Part shown: positions 35,771 through 43,964 of the stretch, piece after piece | How the letters are laid out: each line of letters starts with the position of its first letter | How positions within the stretch are numbered: the first letter of the stretch is position 1 | From: a virus | Taxonomy: Duplodnaviria; Caudoviricetes | Virus record (IMG/VR): IMGVR_UViG_3300033480_000005 | Location: 1-44,492 of that record | Length of the DNA stretch: 44,492 nt | Direction: 5' to 3' (one strand) | Program-made: the position numbers and the translations under genes | The notes under the pieces: generated by a model | What the model saw: only the letters and a program-made list of their open reading frames with translations | Databases searched by the model: none | What the model was told of the DNA's origin: nothing

Positions 35771-35994
35771 TGCTTTACCTTGGCCTCCAATAGAGCCGTG
35801 ATATCCGCCACCAGTGCACGCCGTTGCTGTTTTTGCGCATCGGTCAATCCGACATCCGACTCAACATAGGTCAGATACTCAGGCGACATGAGCCGCCAGC
35901 TAGTATCAATGGCCTGAAACGCCAGTTTATCCGCCGGCGTCGACGTACAACCGGTCATGCAAAAAACAAAAACAATACTCAAAAACAGTTTCAC
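35767..35994 (-). CDS. Lipoprotein
   Basis: GGAGG-N7-GTG; MKLFLSIVFVFCMTG^C signal II/lipobox. Confidence 0.8.
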   Translation of the reverse strand: MKLFLSIVFVFCMTGCTSTPADKLAFQAIDTSWRLMSPEYLTYVESDVGLTDAQKQQRRALVADITALLEAKVKQ

Positions 35995-36059
35995 GATGAT
36001 GCCTCCAAAATACGTATTCCTTGGACATCCCTGCGCCGAGTTGCCACATCTATTCGCCA

Positions 36060-36260
36060 TGGGCGTACATCGTCGATATCAGATGCGGTGTGTCAAACCG
36101 ATTTTTGTAAAGGTGTAAAATCTTTGTTACACCAAAATGTAAAATGGCCGTTTTTAAGGGCGTGTGCAATTTTTGCAACATGTTTATCCAAGACAACTTA
36201 CAAAACCTAATTTTTATGATTTTAAGGGCACGGAAATTGCTAATAGTTAATCAGCGCAGA
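36060..36260. promoter_or_regulatory. AT-rich divergent control region (late leftward / early rightward promoters)
   Basis: Non-coding gap between divergent operons; TTGACA on - (36096-36091); TTTTAAGGGC twice; TGTAAA three times; TGCAA-N3-TTGCA palindrome. Confidence 0.6.
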
Positions 36261-36282
36261 TAGTGCGCGGAAAGGTAAACCG

Positions 36283-36525
36283 ATGAAGAGACCGATGACC
36301 GTCCCGATTGCCCAGCGTATAGACCAGCTTATCGAGCGTAGGGGATACAGGGCGATGGATCGTCAGATCCATGCTGCCTTCCCCGGGATGGTGAATGTCA
36401 TTACCATGATTCGGGAGGCGCGTGAGTATGCCGCGCAGCGTAGGGCGGTGGCACGCAGGAGGATCGAGGAGTTAGGATACGACGTGGACGCTGCCGAGAG
36501 GATCGCTATAAGAGGGGAGGAGTAG
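36283..36525 (+). CDS. Hypothetical protein, first gene of the rightward operon
   Basis: GGAAAGG RBS. Confidence 0.7.
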   Translation: MKRPMTVPIAQRIDQLIERRGYRAMDRQIHAAFPGMVNVITMIREAREYAAQRRAVARRRIEELGYDVDAAERIAIRGEE

Positions 36526-36527
36526 CC

Positions 36528-36989
36528 ATGACACAGCATACCCATCACATCTACTATCGACGAGTGGATGAGTTCCCTGCCCACCATCCGGATGATATCG
36601 AGATCTCAGGGACGCCGCATCCAATAGGTACCGGCGATACAGATTGGCGCAAGGTACGCAGCGATGACGGACTCGCTGAAGATCTCCGTATCGCAGGGTC
36701 GCAACGATACCATGAATGTGTCCTACTCGCGGATGCTCTCGTGATCTATCGCGCTCTCCTTGGTAGCGGACTCGTCGATGATCATTGGACTCCTGGCTCG
36801 TGGACGCTGTACACGTATGACGAGCTGGAGGCCAGCGATCCAGAGGACTATGCATATCTCTGCGACGCTCTGCAGTTATTTTCGCGCGAGGACGCCATCG
36901 CACAAGCTCGAACTCTCGTCCGCACATGCTCCGATGACACGCACGGGCATGACGTGCGAGAAGCATTAAGCGATAGGATAAAGCCATGA
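36528..36989 (+). CDS. Hypothetical acidic protein
   Basis: GGAGGAG RBS; tiles the operon. Confidence 0.75.
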   Translation: MTQHTHHIYYRRVDEFPAHHPDDIEISGTPHPIGTGDTDWRKVRSDDGLAEDLRIAGSQRYHECVLLADALVIYRALLGSGLVDDHWTPGSWTLYTYDELEASDPEDYAYLCDALQLFSREDAIAQARTLVRTCSDDTHGHDVREALSDRIKP

Positions 36990-37318
36990 CACAGCATACG
37001 CCTGGACCGTGGTATTTCGATGCAAATACCTTTGATGAGTTAGATGTTATAGTACAAAATAAATACAAAACAATAATAATTGCAGATTGTTGTGGATTAT
37101 TGAACCTTTCCCCACCTTTACAGGAAGCTATCGCCAACGCCCGTCTAATCGCCGCTGCGCCGGAGTTACTTGAGGCGCTACGGAAGGTAGTAAATATGCA
37201 CTGTGTTAAACTTCCGGTGCCGGGCGGAGAGGTCATCTATAGTTACCGTGATTACACCGGAGTTATGGATAAGGCACGCGCCGCCATCGCCAAAGCGGAA
37301 GCGGTAACCAGGAGTTAA
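36986..37318 (+). CDS. Phage protein of the HTPGPW...ANARLIAAAPELLEAL family
   Basis: Both hallmark motifs present, plus C-terminal ARAAIAKAE. Confidence 0.85.
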   Translation: MTQHTPGPWYFDANTFDELDVIVQNKYKTIIIADCCGLLNLSPPLQEAIANARLIAAAPELLEALRKVVNMHCVKLPVPGGEVIYSYRDYTGVMDKARAAIAKAEAVTRS

Positions 37319-37325
37319 TTAAATC

Positions 37326-37538
37326 ATGTGTGATTGTCGAATTGTTAAATCTACACAACGCGTAGGAACCATAACTGGAGAACTTGTCCCCCAAGGAGAA
37401 ATCATCGTCTATTGCCCGTTGCATGCGGCTTCTCTTGAGCTTCTCACAGCACTCAGAGAACTCCGTGCATGGGTCGCGTTTGATCATCCATTGCGGTCCA
37501 AGGTAGATGCCATCATCGCCAAAGCGGAAGGCAAGTAG
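37326..37538 (+). CDS. Related small protein (C.C...YCPLHAAS.ELL.AL...IAKAEG)
   Basis: Shares its C-terminal module with the upstream gene; AGGAG RBS. Confidence 0.75.
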   Translation: MCDCRIVKSTQRVGTITGELVPQGEIIVYCPLHAASLELLTALRELRAWVAFDHPLRSKVDAIIAKAEGK

Positions 37539-37546
37539 CCATATCC

Positions 37547-37780
37547 ATGCGTGTCCCGAGTCTGAAGTTGAGACTAAAACCTGGGAAGCGCCAACTTAAG
37601 TGGCATCGTCTGTACGAACGATGTGCGTTGTGCTATACAGGGGATCCCACGAGGCCGATGACAATGTTTGAGGGTGTGGTTCCTGGTCACGGTCCGGCAT
37701 GCAAACGTTGCTACAATCGTTGGTACTACAGGGCGCATCCAGAACCTTGGATAAAGGCTGGACTTAAGAAGCCGAAGTAG
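37547..37780 (+). CDS. Basic zinc-finger-like protein
   Basis: CALC ... CKRCY pairs. Confidence 0.6.
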   Translation: MRVPSLKLRLKPGKRQLKWHRLYERCALCYTGDPTRPMTMFEGVVPGHGPACKRCYNRWYYRAHPEPWIKAGLKKPK

Positions 37781-37792
37781 TTAGATTTATGA

Positions 37793-37830
37793 CAATCCCC
37801 CTGGCATAAGCTGGGGGGATTTCTTTTAAA
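37793..37830 (+). terminator. Rho-independent terminator of the rightward operon
   Basis: AATCCCCC-TGG/CTG-GGGGGATT stem with G-U pairs on +, followed by TCTTTT. Confidence 0.8.
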
Positions 37831-37946
37831 AACCTAAAACCTTCACATTTGCCCCACAATCGATTTTCTTTGGCTTTAATGATACATGTATCGTTAGGAC
37901 TCATTATTTTCGAACCTGGGCCAATTCTGTGCGTTTTACGGCCATA

Positions 37947-38447
37947 TCAGAACGGAACGTCATCAACCAAGTCGGAGTTTGCGAAGTTTTCAGATGGGAT
38001 TGGATTTAGAGCTTTGGTGTCAGGAAAGATCCTTTCTACAACCACTTCGACCACGTCCGGGTTCTCGGACAAAACATTCTCTAAGAGTGTACTTTTCCCG
38101 GTGCGGCGTTTGAACTCAGAGAGGCTCATTTCCTCTTCATCTTTGTAGTTCCTATGTCTAATGTGCGCCTCATTTTCTCGAAGCACATCCTGCAACATTT
38201 CTAAGCTACACCATGGGAGGCCAGTTTTGGAATCTTCGCCGTTGAACGGGACGAAAGATTTCTTGGAGGGGCAATATAGCCCGTCCCATTCGATTATTCC
38301 CTCGACGCCATTCGAGGATGTGAACTTGCTACCCCGTATCGTGCGGAGTCTTGCTATTAGCCGTTCTCGGTCGCTTGTCGGTTTCGGTGCCGAATTCGAA
38401 GATACCGGGTGTTCTACGGGTGGTAGTTGGCGTCGATACCTGGCCAT
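37947..38447 (-). CDS. Replication-associated hypothetical protein with SSB-like acidic tail
   Basis: Follows the initiator; ends DLVDDVPF. Confidence 0.55.
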   Translation of the reverse strand: MARYRRQLPPVEHPVSSNSAPKPTSDRERLIARLRTIRGSKFTSSNGVEGIIEWDGLYCPSKKSFVPFNGEDSKTGLPWCSLEMLQDVLRENEAHIRHRNYKDEEEMSLSEFKRRTGKSTLLENVLSENPDVVEVVVERIFPDTKALNPIPSENFANSDLVDDVPF

Positions 38448-39300
38448 AGGTTATGTCCTTACGACGATATTTGCCTTCGAGGAATTTTTGAAGCGAGGCC
38501 GGTCGCATGAGGAAGTCGAAGTCTATGAACCGTTTATCATGCGCAAACTGGCCCAATCTGCCTGCCTCGTCGATGATTCTCGTCCAGAGGTCAGGAAAGT
38601 CGGTCAGTCGACCGCGCATGGCAATCTTGCGGTTCTCGGTGAGCTTCTCAATCCGTGGACAACCGGGAAGTTTTGGGGCCACCTCCAGGTTGTAGAAGTC
38701 CATGTGGTCTTGGAAGGTGGTTTCTTTGGTTTCTTCTTTACTACCAGAAACGGTAGCGTCACCGTTAGGTGACGATGATGTTTCGCTAGAAACATCACTA
38801 GACATCATCTTCTCTTCTCTTCTCTGGTGACGAGAAAGTGACGGAGAAGTGACGCTGGGCTCGTCACTCCCCGTAACGCGATTTCTATACTTCGCCTGCC
38901 GTTCTGAACCCGTAAGCGGAGCGTTGTATTTCTTGAAATTTGGTAATCTTATGCGATTTTCATTTGCCTCGTAAATCAGCCATCCCACCTCCTCCATAGC
39001 CGCCCCAAACCCCGGAGCTTGGGCAATTGAGTCGATGTCTTTGGGGTCTAAACCAACCAAAATCAGGTCATCCCCATCGAATTGTCCGTGTTCGCGTGAC
39101 GCGCTCCACGTCACTCCAAGTAACGCGGCCGTCACGCACCGTAACGGATAGTCTCCTACAACTTGTCCGTTGATTGGTCCACCTCCCCCTGGAGTGAGCC
39201 AATCCCGAAACTCCTCACTCTTCATGAGGATCTTTGACATCCGGATCACTTCCGGAAGCGAAACGAGGTCATGCCGCCACTTGATCCAATCACCAGCCAT
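38329..39300 (-). CDS. Phage replication initiator (replisome organizer-like)
   Basis: MAGDWIK, ID.....PGF..AM..VGWL, LPNF..YN, ERQAKYR, low-complexity linker, C-terminal LT..R......R...W....DFDFL.....QKFLEGKY domain. Confidence 0.85.
   Translation of the reverse strand: MAGDWIKWRHDLVSLPEVIRMSKILMKSEEFRDWLTPGGGGPINGQVVGDYPLRCVTAALLGVTWSASREHGQFDGDDLILVGLDPKDIDSIAQAPGFGAAMEEVGWLIYEANENRIRLPNFKKYNAPLTGSERQAKYRNRVTGSDEPSVTSPSLSRHQRREEKMMSSDVSSETSSSPNGDATVSGSKEETKETTFQDHMDFYNLEVAPKLPGCPRIEKLTENRKIAMRGRLTDFPDLWTRIIDEAGRLGQFAHDKRFIDFDFLMRPASLQKFLEGKYRRKDITYGQVSTPTTTRRTPGIFEFGTETDKRPRTANSKTPHDTG
38769..38878. promoter_or_regulatory. Putative replication origin iterons inside the initiator gene
   Basis: GTGACG at 38769, 38827, 38838 and 38849 (last three at an 11-bp period), inverted at 38862, GTAACG at 38873; 9-bp inverted repeat 38776-38797; TTCTC repeats. 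Confidence 0.65.
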
Positions 39301-39308
39301 CCCCCACC

Positions 39309-39563
39309 TCAAACTTCTTTCAGCTCATATTTCCTATGGCACCTTTGGCAACCTAATAACTCGCCAGTCGCTTCCAGATGCCCTATAACGCAAACAGGGC
39401 ATGGGCCATAAGTTAGATGCCTGGTTAAGAGTTCATCCCGTTCTCGCTCGGCACGTTGACATCGAGCTATCCAATCCCCCAAGGTATGGCAATGCGAAGG
39501 CTCGAATGACTCCCTGACCGCGCAACTGGAAGGCTTATGTGCTGCGTCGGGGTTGTGGCTCAT
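39309..39563 (-). CDS. Hypothetical protein with C-terminal zinc ribbon
   Basis: CPVC...CQRC; start reassigned to ATG 39563. Confidence 0.6.
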   Translation of the reverse strand: MSHNPDAAHKPSSCAVRESFEPSHCHTLGDWIARCQRAERERDELLTRHLTYGPCPVCVIGHLEATGELLGCQRCHRKYELKEV

Positions 39564-39900
39564 GGTTCTGGCGTCCCTCGTATGCGTCAATCGCGTCTTG
39601 CAGCGACCGCGCAACCGTGACCATTGCCCCACAGTCGGTAAGATCCTTGAGTTGGTCTTCCTGGCCTTCCTGGTACTTCCCTTTTGGGGTTTTGACCTCG
39701 ATGCACCACATACGACCTCCGGGAAGCAGAGCGGTTATGTCAGGCCAACTTTTGCGCATCTTGCGCCGGCGAAGTCGTGCATTGACTCCGGAGTCGGTTA
39801 TCGTATGCTGGATATGCAGAGTTTTGAGGTAGGCGACGATATCGAGCTGGATCTCGCGTTCGGACTTTACGTATAGCGGACCAAATACTTTTCTCTTCAT
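39535..39900 (-). CDS. VRR-NUC domain nuclease
   Basis: SEREIQ..I..YL, WPDI, IEVK.PKG....Q, VARS..DA motifs. Confidence 0.9.
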   Translation of the reverse strand: MKRKVFGPLYVKSEREIQLDIVAYLKTLHIQHTITDSGVNARLRRRKMRKSWPDITALLPGGRMWCIEVKTPKGKYQEGQEDQLKDLTDCGAMVTVARSLQDAIDAYEGRQNHEPQPRRST

Positions 39901-39935
39901 TTTTCTTTTCCTGACTAAATTTGTTTAATCAATGA

Positions 39936-40214
39936 CTAACGACACTTTCTTAATTTATCTGTGGCTTTTTGGAAATCTCTTGCATCTAAATGCAACGAAC
40001 CTATGATTGAATTAATTATATCATATTTTGCTCCAAATAATTCATCCGTTGCATAACGAATATCATTAAGGTCGTCTAATGCATTAATAAGACTAATGAA
40101 GTATTCCCGAGTGTTAGAAGTACATTCAACAGGTTTTCCATACTTTACCCTTTGGATATCGGATACAATACGATCACGTAATTCTTTAAGTTGGCCGTCA
40201 CTAACTCTTGCCAT
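39936..40214 (-). CDS. AT-rich hypothetical protein
   Basis: AGGAAGAG RBS; markedly lower GC. Confidence 0.65.
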   Translation of the reverse strand: MARVSDGQLKELRDRIVSDIQRVKYGKPVECTSNTREYFISLINALDDLNDIRYATDELFGAKYDIINSIIGSLHLDARDFQKATDKLRKCR

Positions 40215-40464
40215 TACTCTTCCTTTCTTTTCCCAGTGGGTTCAGGTGGGCCGGTACTTCCACTATCTTTACCTTAACGAACCTCCAGCCGCGTTTCTTA
40301 GCATCGCGAATGCTGGCGTCCCACTTCTTCCAATACTTGTTACGCCACTCATCGCCTTCGATCCGAGAGACGAAGTCAAATCCATAGCCCCATACTAAAG
40401 TTATATTGCTCCCAGTCAGTTCTACGATTAGACGGCCTTGTGGGTCCTTGAGCGTCCAGAGCAT
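40201..40464 (-). CDS. Hypothetical protein
   Basis: TAATG coupling. Confidence 0.7.
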   Translation of the reverse strand: MLWTLKDPQGRLIVELTGSNITLVWGYGFDFVSRIEGDEWRNKYWKKWDASIRDAKKRGWRFVKVKIVEVPAHLNPLGKERKSNGKS

Positions 40465-40736
40465 TACTCCACCGCCTTTCGCAGTGCGACGATGGCGGCG
40501 TCTCTACGATCCATGCTCTTGGCGAGTTTCAGAACGATATTAGGCCGTTCGCCCTTCTCCCGAAGCTGCGCTCTCATCTTTTGAATCTCTGCGTCCTTCT
40601 CGCACATCGCCCGCGCCAGCTTGCGGATGTTGTGATACCCCTTCATTAGTTTCCCCAAAGTCAAGCGCCCGATGTCTTCGTCTATGCCGAGATAATATGC
40701 ATAAGGCTCAAATAGTTTAGTCATCTTCTTTATCAC
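40464..40736 (-). CDS. Hypothetical protein
   Basis: GTGA overlap; ends ALRKAVE. Confidence 0.65.
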   Translation of the reverse strand: MIKKMTKLFEPYAYYLGIDEDIGRLTLGKLMKGYHNIRKLARAMCEKDAEIQKMRAQLREKGERPNIVLKLAKSMDRRDAAIVALRKAVE

Positions 40737-40966
40737 TGTTTCACCGCCTTCCGTAGTGCGTTTTCGGCTTTTGCATATTCCCGCGTGTCCGGTTCATCGT
40801 CCAAAGACAACATCACTTTATCACGTTCCAGGAAGTACTTTCGTGTTAGCTCGCGGAGATCACGGAGGTCGAAGGCAAGGCTATAAAATGTATATGACTG
40901 TGCCTCCTCAGTCTTCTTTGCTCCGTCGAGGATCTTGGATAGTTCCGTTTTACTCACTCTTTGCAT
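40733..40966 (-). CDS. Hypothetical protein
   Basis: AAGGAG RBS; ends ALRKAVKQ. Confidence 0.7.
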   Translation of the reverse strand: MQRVSKTELSKILDGAKKTEEAQSYTFYSLAFDLRDLRELTRKYFLERDKVMLSLDDEPDTREYAKAENALRKAVKQ

Positions 40967-40993
40967 CGTCCGTCTCCTTCGGCTCGGGGGTGG

Positions 40994-41197
40994 TCATTCG
41001 ATTTCCTCCAGTTCTTTCCGAATCGACGGATCATCGAGGTAGACTTCGATCGCGCCTCGTACGCTACCCGCGTCGAATTCACCAACGGCCCAATCGAGAT
41101 AGCGAAGCCCCCTATCGCTCTCTGCGATCTCGTCGAGCGTCTTACCCTTGTGCTTGCCGAATGGCATCGTGAACGTCTTCGCCTCCTCAAAGGTCAT
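40994..41197 (-). CDS. DUF3820/QSregVF_b-like small protein
   Basis: MPFGKHKGK.L.EI......YL.W motif. Confidence 0.8.
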   Translation of the reverse strand: MTFEEAKTFTMPFGKHKGKTLDEIAESDRGLRYLDWAVGEFDAGSVRGAIEVYLDDPSIRKELEEIE

Positions 41198-41199
41198 CG

Positions 41200-41385
41200 C
41201 TACCCCCTCTCCCCCTTGCCCTCATGCCGTATCTTCGCAAGCCGCTTCAGGTTTTCTCTGCACTCATCGAAAGCCAACGTGTCTTTAATTTCTTTTGCAG
41301 CACGGATCTCCGTGGTCCAATACTTCTCCTCTTCAGTCTTGGGGTCCATGGTGATTTGCATCCAACGTGGGATTCGTCGAATCAT
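41200..41385 (-). CDS. Hypothetical protein
   Basis: AAGGAG RBS; tiles the operon. Confidence 0.6.
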   Translation of the reverse strand: MIRRIPRWMQITMDPKTEEEKYWTTEIRAAKEIKDTLAFDECRENLKRLAKIRHEGKGERG

Positions 41386-41560
41386 TACTTACTCCTTGAT
41401 TTTGATCATGGGGCTTCTCAAACGGACATCCCGGCACTGGGAATGCGCAGCGAGGGCAATCCATTTTGAGTTTGACAACTTTGAATTTACATAAACGGGA
41501 ATTGGAGCATACGCCGTAATAATCCCATTCCATTATTACGTCATAACATGTGCTCGGCAT
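41333..41560 (-). CDS. Cys-rich hypothetical protein
   Basis: GGGGAG RBS; several Cys residues. Confidence 0.55.
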   Translation of the reverse strand: MPSTCYDVIMEWDYYGVCSNSRLCKFKVVKLKMDCPRCAFPVPGCPFEKPHDQNQGVSNDSTNPTLDANHHGPQD

Positions 41561-41561
41561 G

Positions 41562-41795
41562 TTACTCCCCCTTGCCCTCGGCGGTCTTCACCAATCTTGC
41601 GGCGCTCTCTTCCCGCCACTTGCGGTTCCACGTTGCCACCTTGGCCCATGCGATTAGATCGCGCAGGCTTTCAAGAGCGCCTAAGGACAACTCAACCCGG
41701 TAAGTTCGATCGCCATTCGCAGCAGCGATGCGAGCGTCGATCCACCGTTCCCAACTCGGCAGGTTCTTGTACGCCTTTGCGGTAACGATCTTCAT
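41562..41795 (-). CDS. Hypothetical protein
   Basis: AAGGAG RBS; tiles the operon. Confidence 0.7.
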   Translation of the reverse strand: MKIVTAKAYKNLPSWERWIDARIAAANGDRTYRVELSLGALESLRDLIAWAKVATWNRKWREESAARLVKTAEGKGE

Positions 41796-41797
41796 CG

Positions 41798-42184
41798 CTA
41801 CTCCTTCCCTTCCGCTCCCCCCTTCGTCTGCTCGGGCGAAGCCTCTTTTAATTCTTCAGGAAAAGCATGTTCCCGACATACATAATTTCCGCGCCCGCTA
41901 CTGAATAAAATTGCCTGTTTATCACAACAGGCACAACGCAATGCCACAGAGGATTCATCTTTCTGTACGGCATCCCGCAACAGCATCTCCCTCTCCCGAC
42001 ACCTCTTGCACGGCTGCGGATCGAGAACTTTGTTTTCTTCGGCTAATGCGTCATTGAGCATAGCTTCGACTCGCGCTTTCGGGAGCCGTACCATGCCAGT
42101 CCATTTCACACGGGCCATCCTTTTTCGTGTATCTTCGAGGTCCGCCTGGTCTGTTCGAATCCGTCCCTTGTCATCAGTCCACAT
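41798..42184 (-). CDS. Hypothetical protein with PQPCxxC and CxxC...GNYVC modules (start reassigned to ATG 42184)
   Basis: GAGGAG RBS; modules shared with 42174-43964. Confidence 0.65.
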   Translation of the reverse strand: MWTDDKGRIRTDQADLEDTRKRMARVKWTGMVRLPKARVEAMLNDALAEENKVLDPQPCKRCREREMLLRDAVQKDESSVALRCACCDKQAILFSSGRGNYVCREHAFPEELKEASPEQTKGGAEGKE

Positions 42185-43964
42185 GGGGATTCTCCTCTGG
42201 CCGTGACCTTGCCGGTTGAACGATCCGGCCACAAGCTCGACACACGTAGTTCCCACTCAGATCGTTCCACATGAAGGCACGCGCTCCACACCGAACACAG
42301 TCCATGGGGAGGTCATGCTTTTCTGGGAGTGGCTGCTTCGTCTGCTCGGGCAAGAGTAGACTGTGCTCGTGTCCACTTCTCCATGACGTCACAGCGGCAA
42401 CGGCATCGATGATGTCAAGCACCCACTGTTTCCACAGCTCCCCCGAAGGTCTGTTTTGGAATGCCGCTTTCCGCGCCGCTTCTTCGACCTTGAGTAGCAG
42501 GGCGATCTCCTCACCCTTCAGTTTGCACCGCTCGCACGGCTGCGGCGAAGCCCCAGAAGATTTCTTGGCGCACAGCGGGCATACAGTATCCCGCAACGTT
42601 CCATCACAATCGTCATCGCCCTCTGCATTGAAGCAACTGGGCATATCTCTATGGTGATATCTTCCACAGTCATCACATTGCCGAACTACTCCAGATCCTT
42701 CGCAAAGTTCGCACGGTTGCGGCGTGGGCGAGTCGGCGATCAGCGATCGCGTCCGTGTGATGAGGTCGCATTGATCGCAACAATCTACGGAGCATCCCAC
42801 GGGCATCAGATTGCCCGAAGAATTCTGTGACCATCGTTCATGATCCGTCTCAATCCAGTCGAGACATTTCCTCAGCGCCTCGACCAGCCGCGCATTGTGA
42901 GAGCGGAGGTCTATATTTTCGTGGAACAACTTCAGCGCAGACAATCCCGCCGTCTTCGTTGCCTTATCCTCGGATTCCGTAAGCTCAGGAAGTTCTTCTC
43001 CTGGCTTCATTCCGATAGAAGCACATGTCTTCTTTGCTTCTTCGAGCTTCTTACGAAGACAAATATTTTCGCTAACCAGAGCTAAAGCCACTTCTTTCGC
43101 TTCTTCTCCAAGATCATGAAGATTTGACCATTCAGATGTCACACCGAGACTGCGAGCTACTTCTGTGATCTGTCTTTCTCTAAAATCACGCTCATCAATG
43201 GTACGATTGTGGGTTCTCTCCTCTTCTTGTAGTCGCTTGCGAAGATCCGCAATCTCAACGGCCGCTACCTTCCTTAGTCGAATCACCTCGTCGGGATCTA
43301 ACTTCTCGTATGTACCATCCGCCTTGTACCAGAGTCGCGATTGCGTCTGAAGGATACTTACTTTATTTTCAAGACATCGAATACAGTTACCGCATGCAGC
43401 AGGATCATCCGATGCTATACCACAACTTACCTGCTGCCGCGCCTCATCTCGTTCACAGATCGCGGCGTCACGCTCGGACTTCAGTTGCTCGATCTCACTG
43501 GACTTTTCCATCACTCCTCCCCAAATGTCCTTAAGCAATGCATTAGCTTGCTCGCGTAGTGTTGTTGCGTCTTCTATAAAACGGACACGATATTTTTCGA
43601 TTAGTTGAGAAAGAGCCTCCTCAATAGTCTTGCCCTTAGAAAACAAGGCTCTACCCACAGCCAGGGGAGATGAGGTTTCTGTTGTGGCAAGCCACGAAAT
43701 ATTTCCATCCTCATCGAAGCTGTTCGAAATCTCTATTCTCTGGTAACGCATATGACGAAGCAGGGCGTCCTGTTTTTCTTCTCTCTTTACCAGCTTGTCG
43801 ATTTCCCCTTCAATTTCGGCCCGAAAGGTGTCGTAAGCTTTTTTGCATGCATACTCGTTGCAAAAGAAGTTGGGCCACGGAGCGAACCTTTCGCTCATCA
43901 CTTTATCTACATTGGGAAGCAGATTACGTAGTGTCTCAATGATTGATTCGTTTTGTTCGGTCAT
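42174..43964 (-). CDS. 596-aa mosaic coiled-coil / Cys-rich protein
   Basis: Alternating coiled coils and CxxC clusters; AAGGAG RBS; ATGA overlap. Confidence 0.7.
   Translation of the reverse strand: MTEQNESIIETLRNLLPNVDKVMSERFAPWPNFFCNEYACKKAYDTFRAEIEGEIDKLVKREEKQDALLRHMRYQRIEISNSFDEDGNISWLATTETSSPLAVGRALFSKGKTIEEALSQLIEKYRVRFIEDATTLREQANALLKDIWGGVMEKSSEIEQLKSERDAAICERDEARQQVSCGIASDDPAACGNCIRCLENKVSILQTQSRLWYKADGTYEKLDPDEVIRLRKVAAVEIADLRKRLQEEERTHNRTIDERDFRERQITEVARSLGVTSEWSNLHDLGEEAKEVALALVSENICLRKKLEEAKKTCASIGMKPGEELPELTESEDKATKTAGLSALKLFHENIDLRSHNARLVEALRKCLDWIETDHERWSQNSSGNLMPVGCSVDCCDQCDLITRTRSLIADSPTPQPCELCEGSGVVRQCDDCGRYHHRDMPSCFNAEGDDDCDGTLRDTVCPLCAKKSSGASPQPCERCKLKGEEIALLLKVEEAARKAAFQNRPSGELWKQWVLDIIDAVAAVTSWRSGHEHSLLLPEQTKQPLPEKHDLPMDCVRCGARAFMWNDLSGNYVCRACGRIVQPARSRPEENPHVD

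Noticed and set aside
37881-37894. Palindrome GATACATGTATC in the convergent gap as an att or operator site
   Set aside because: Single copy, no integrase, and no second site found
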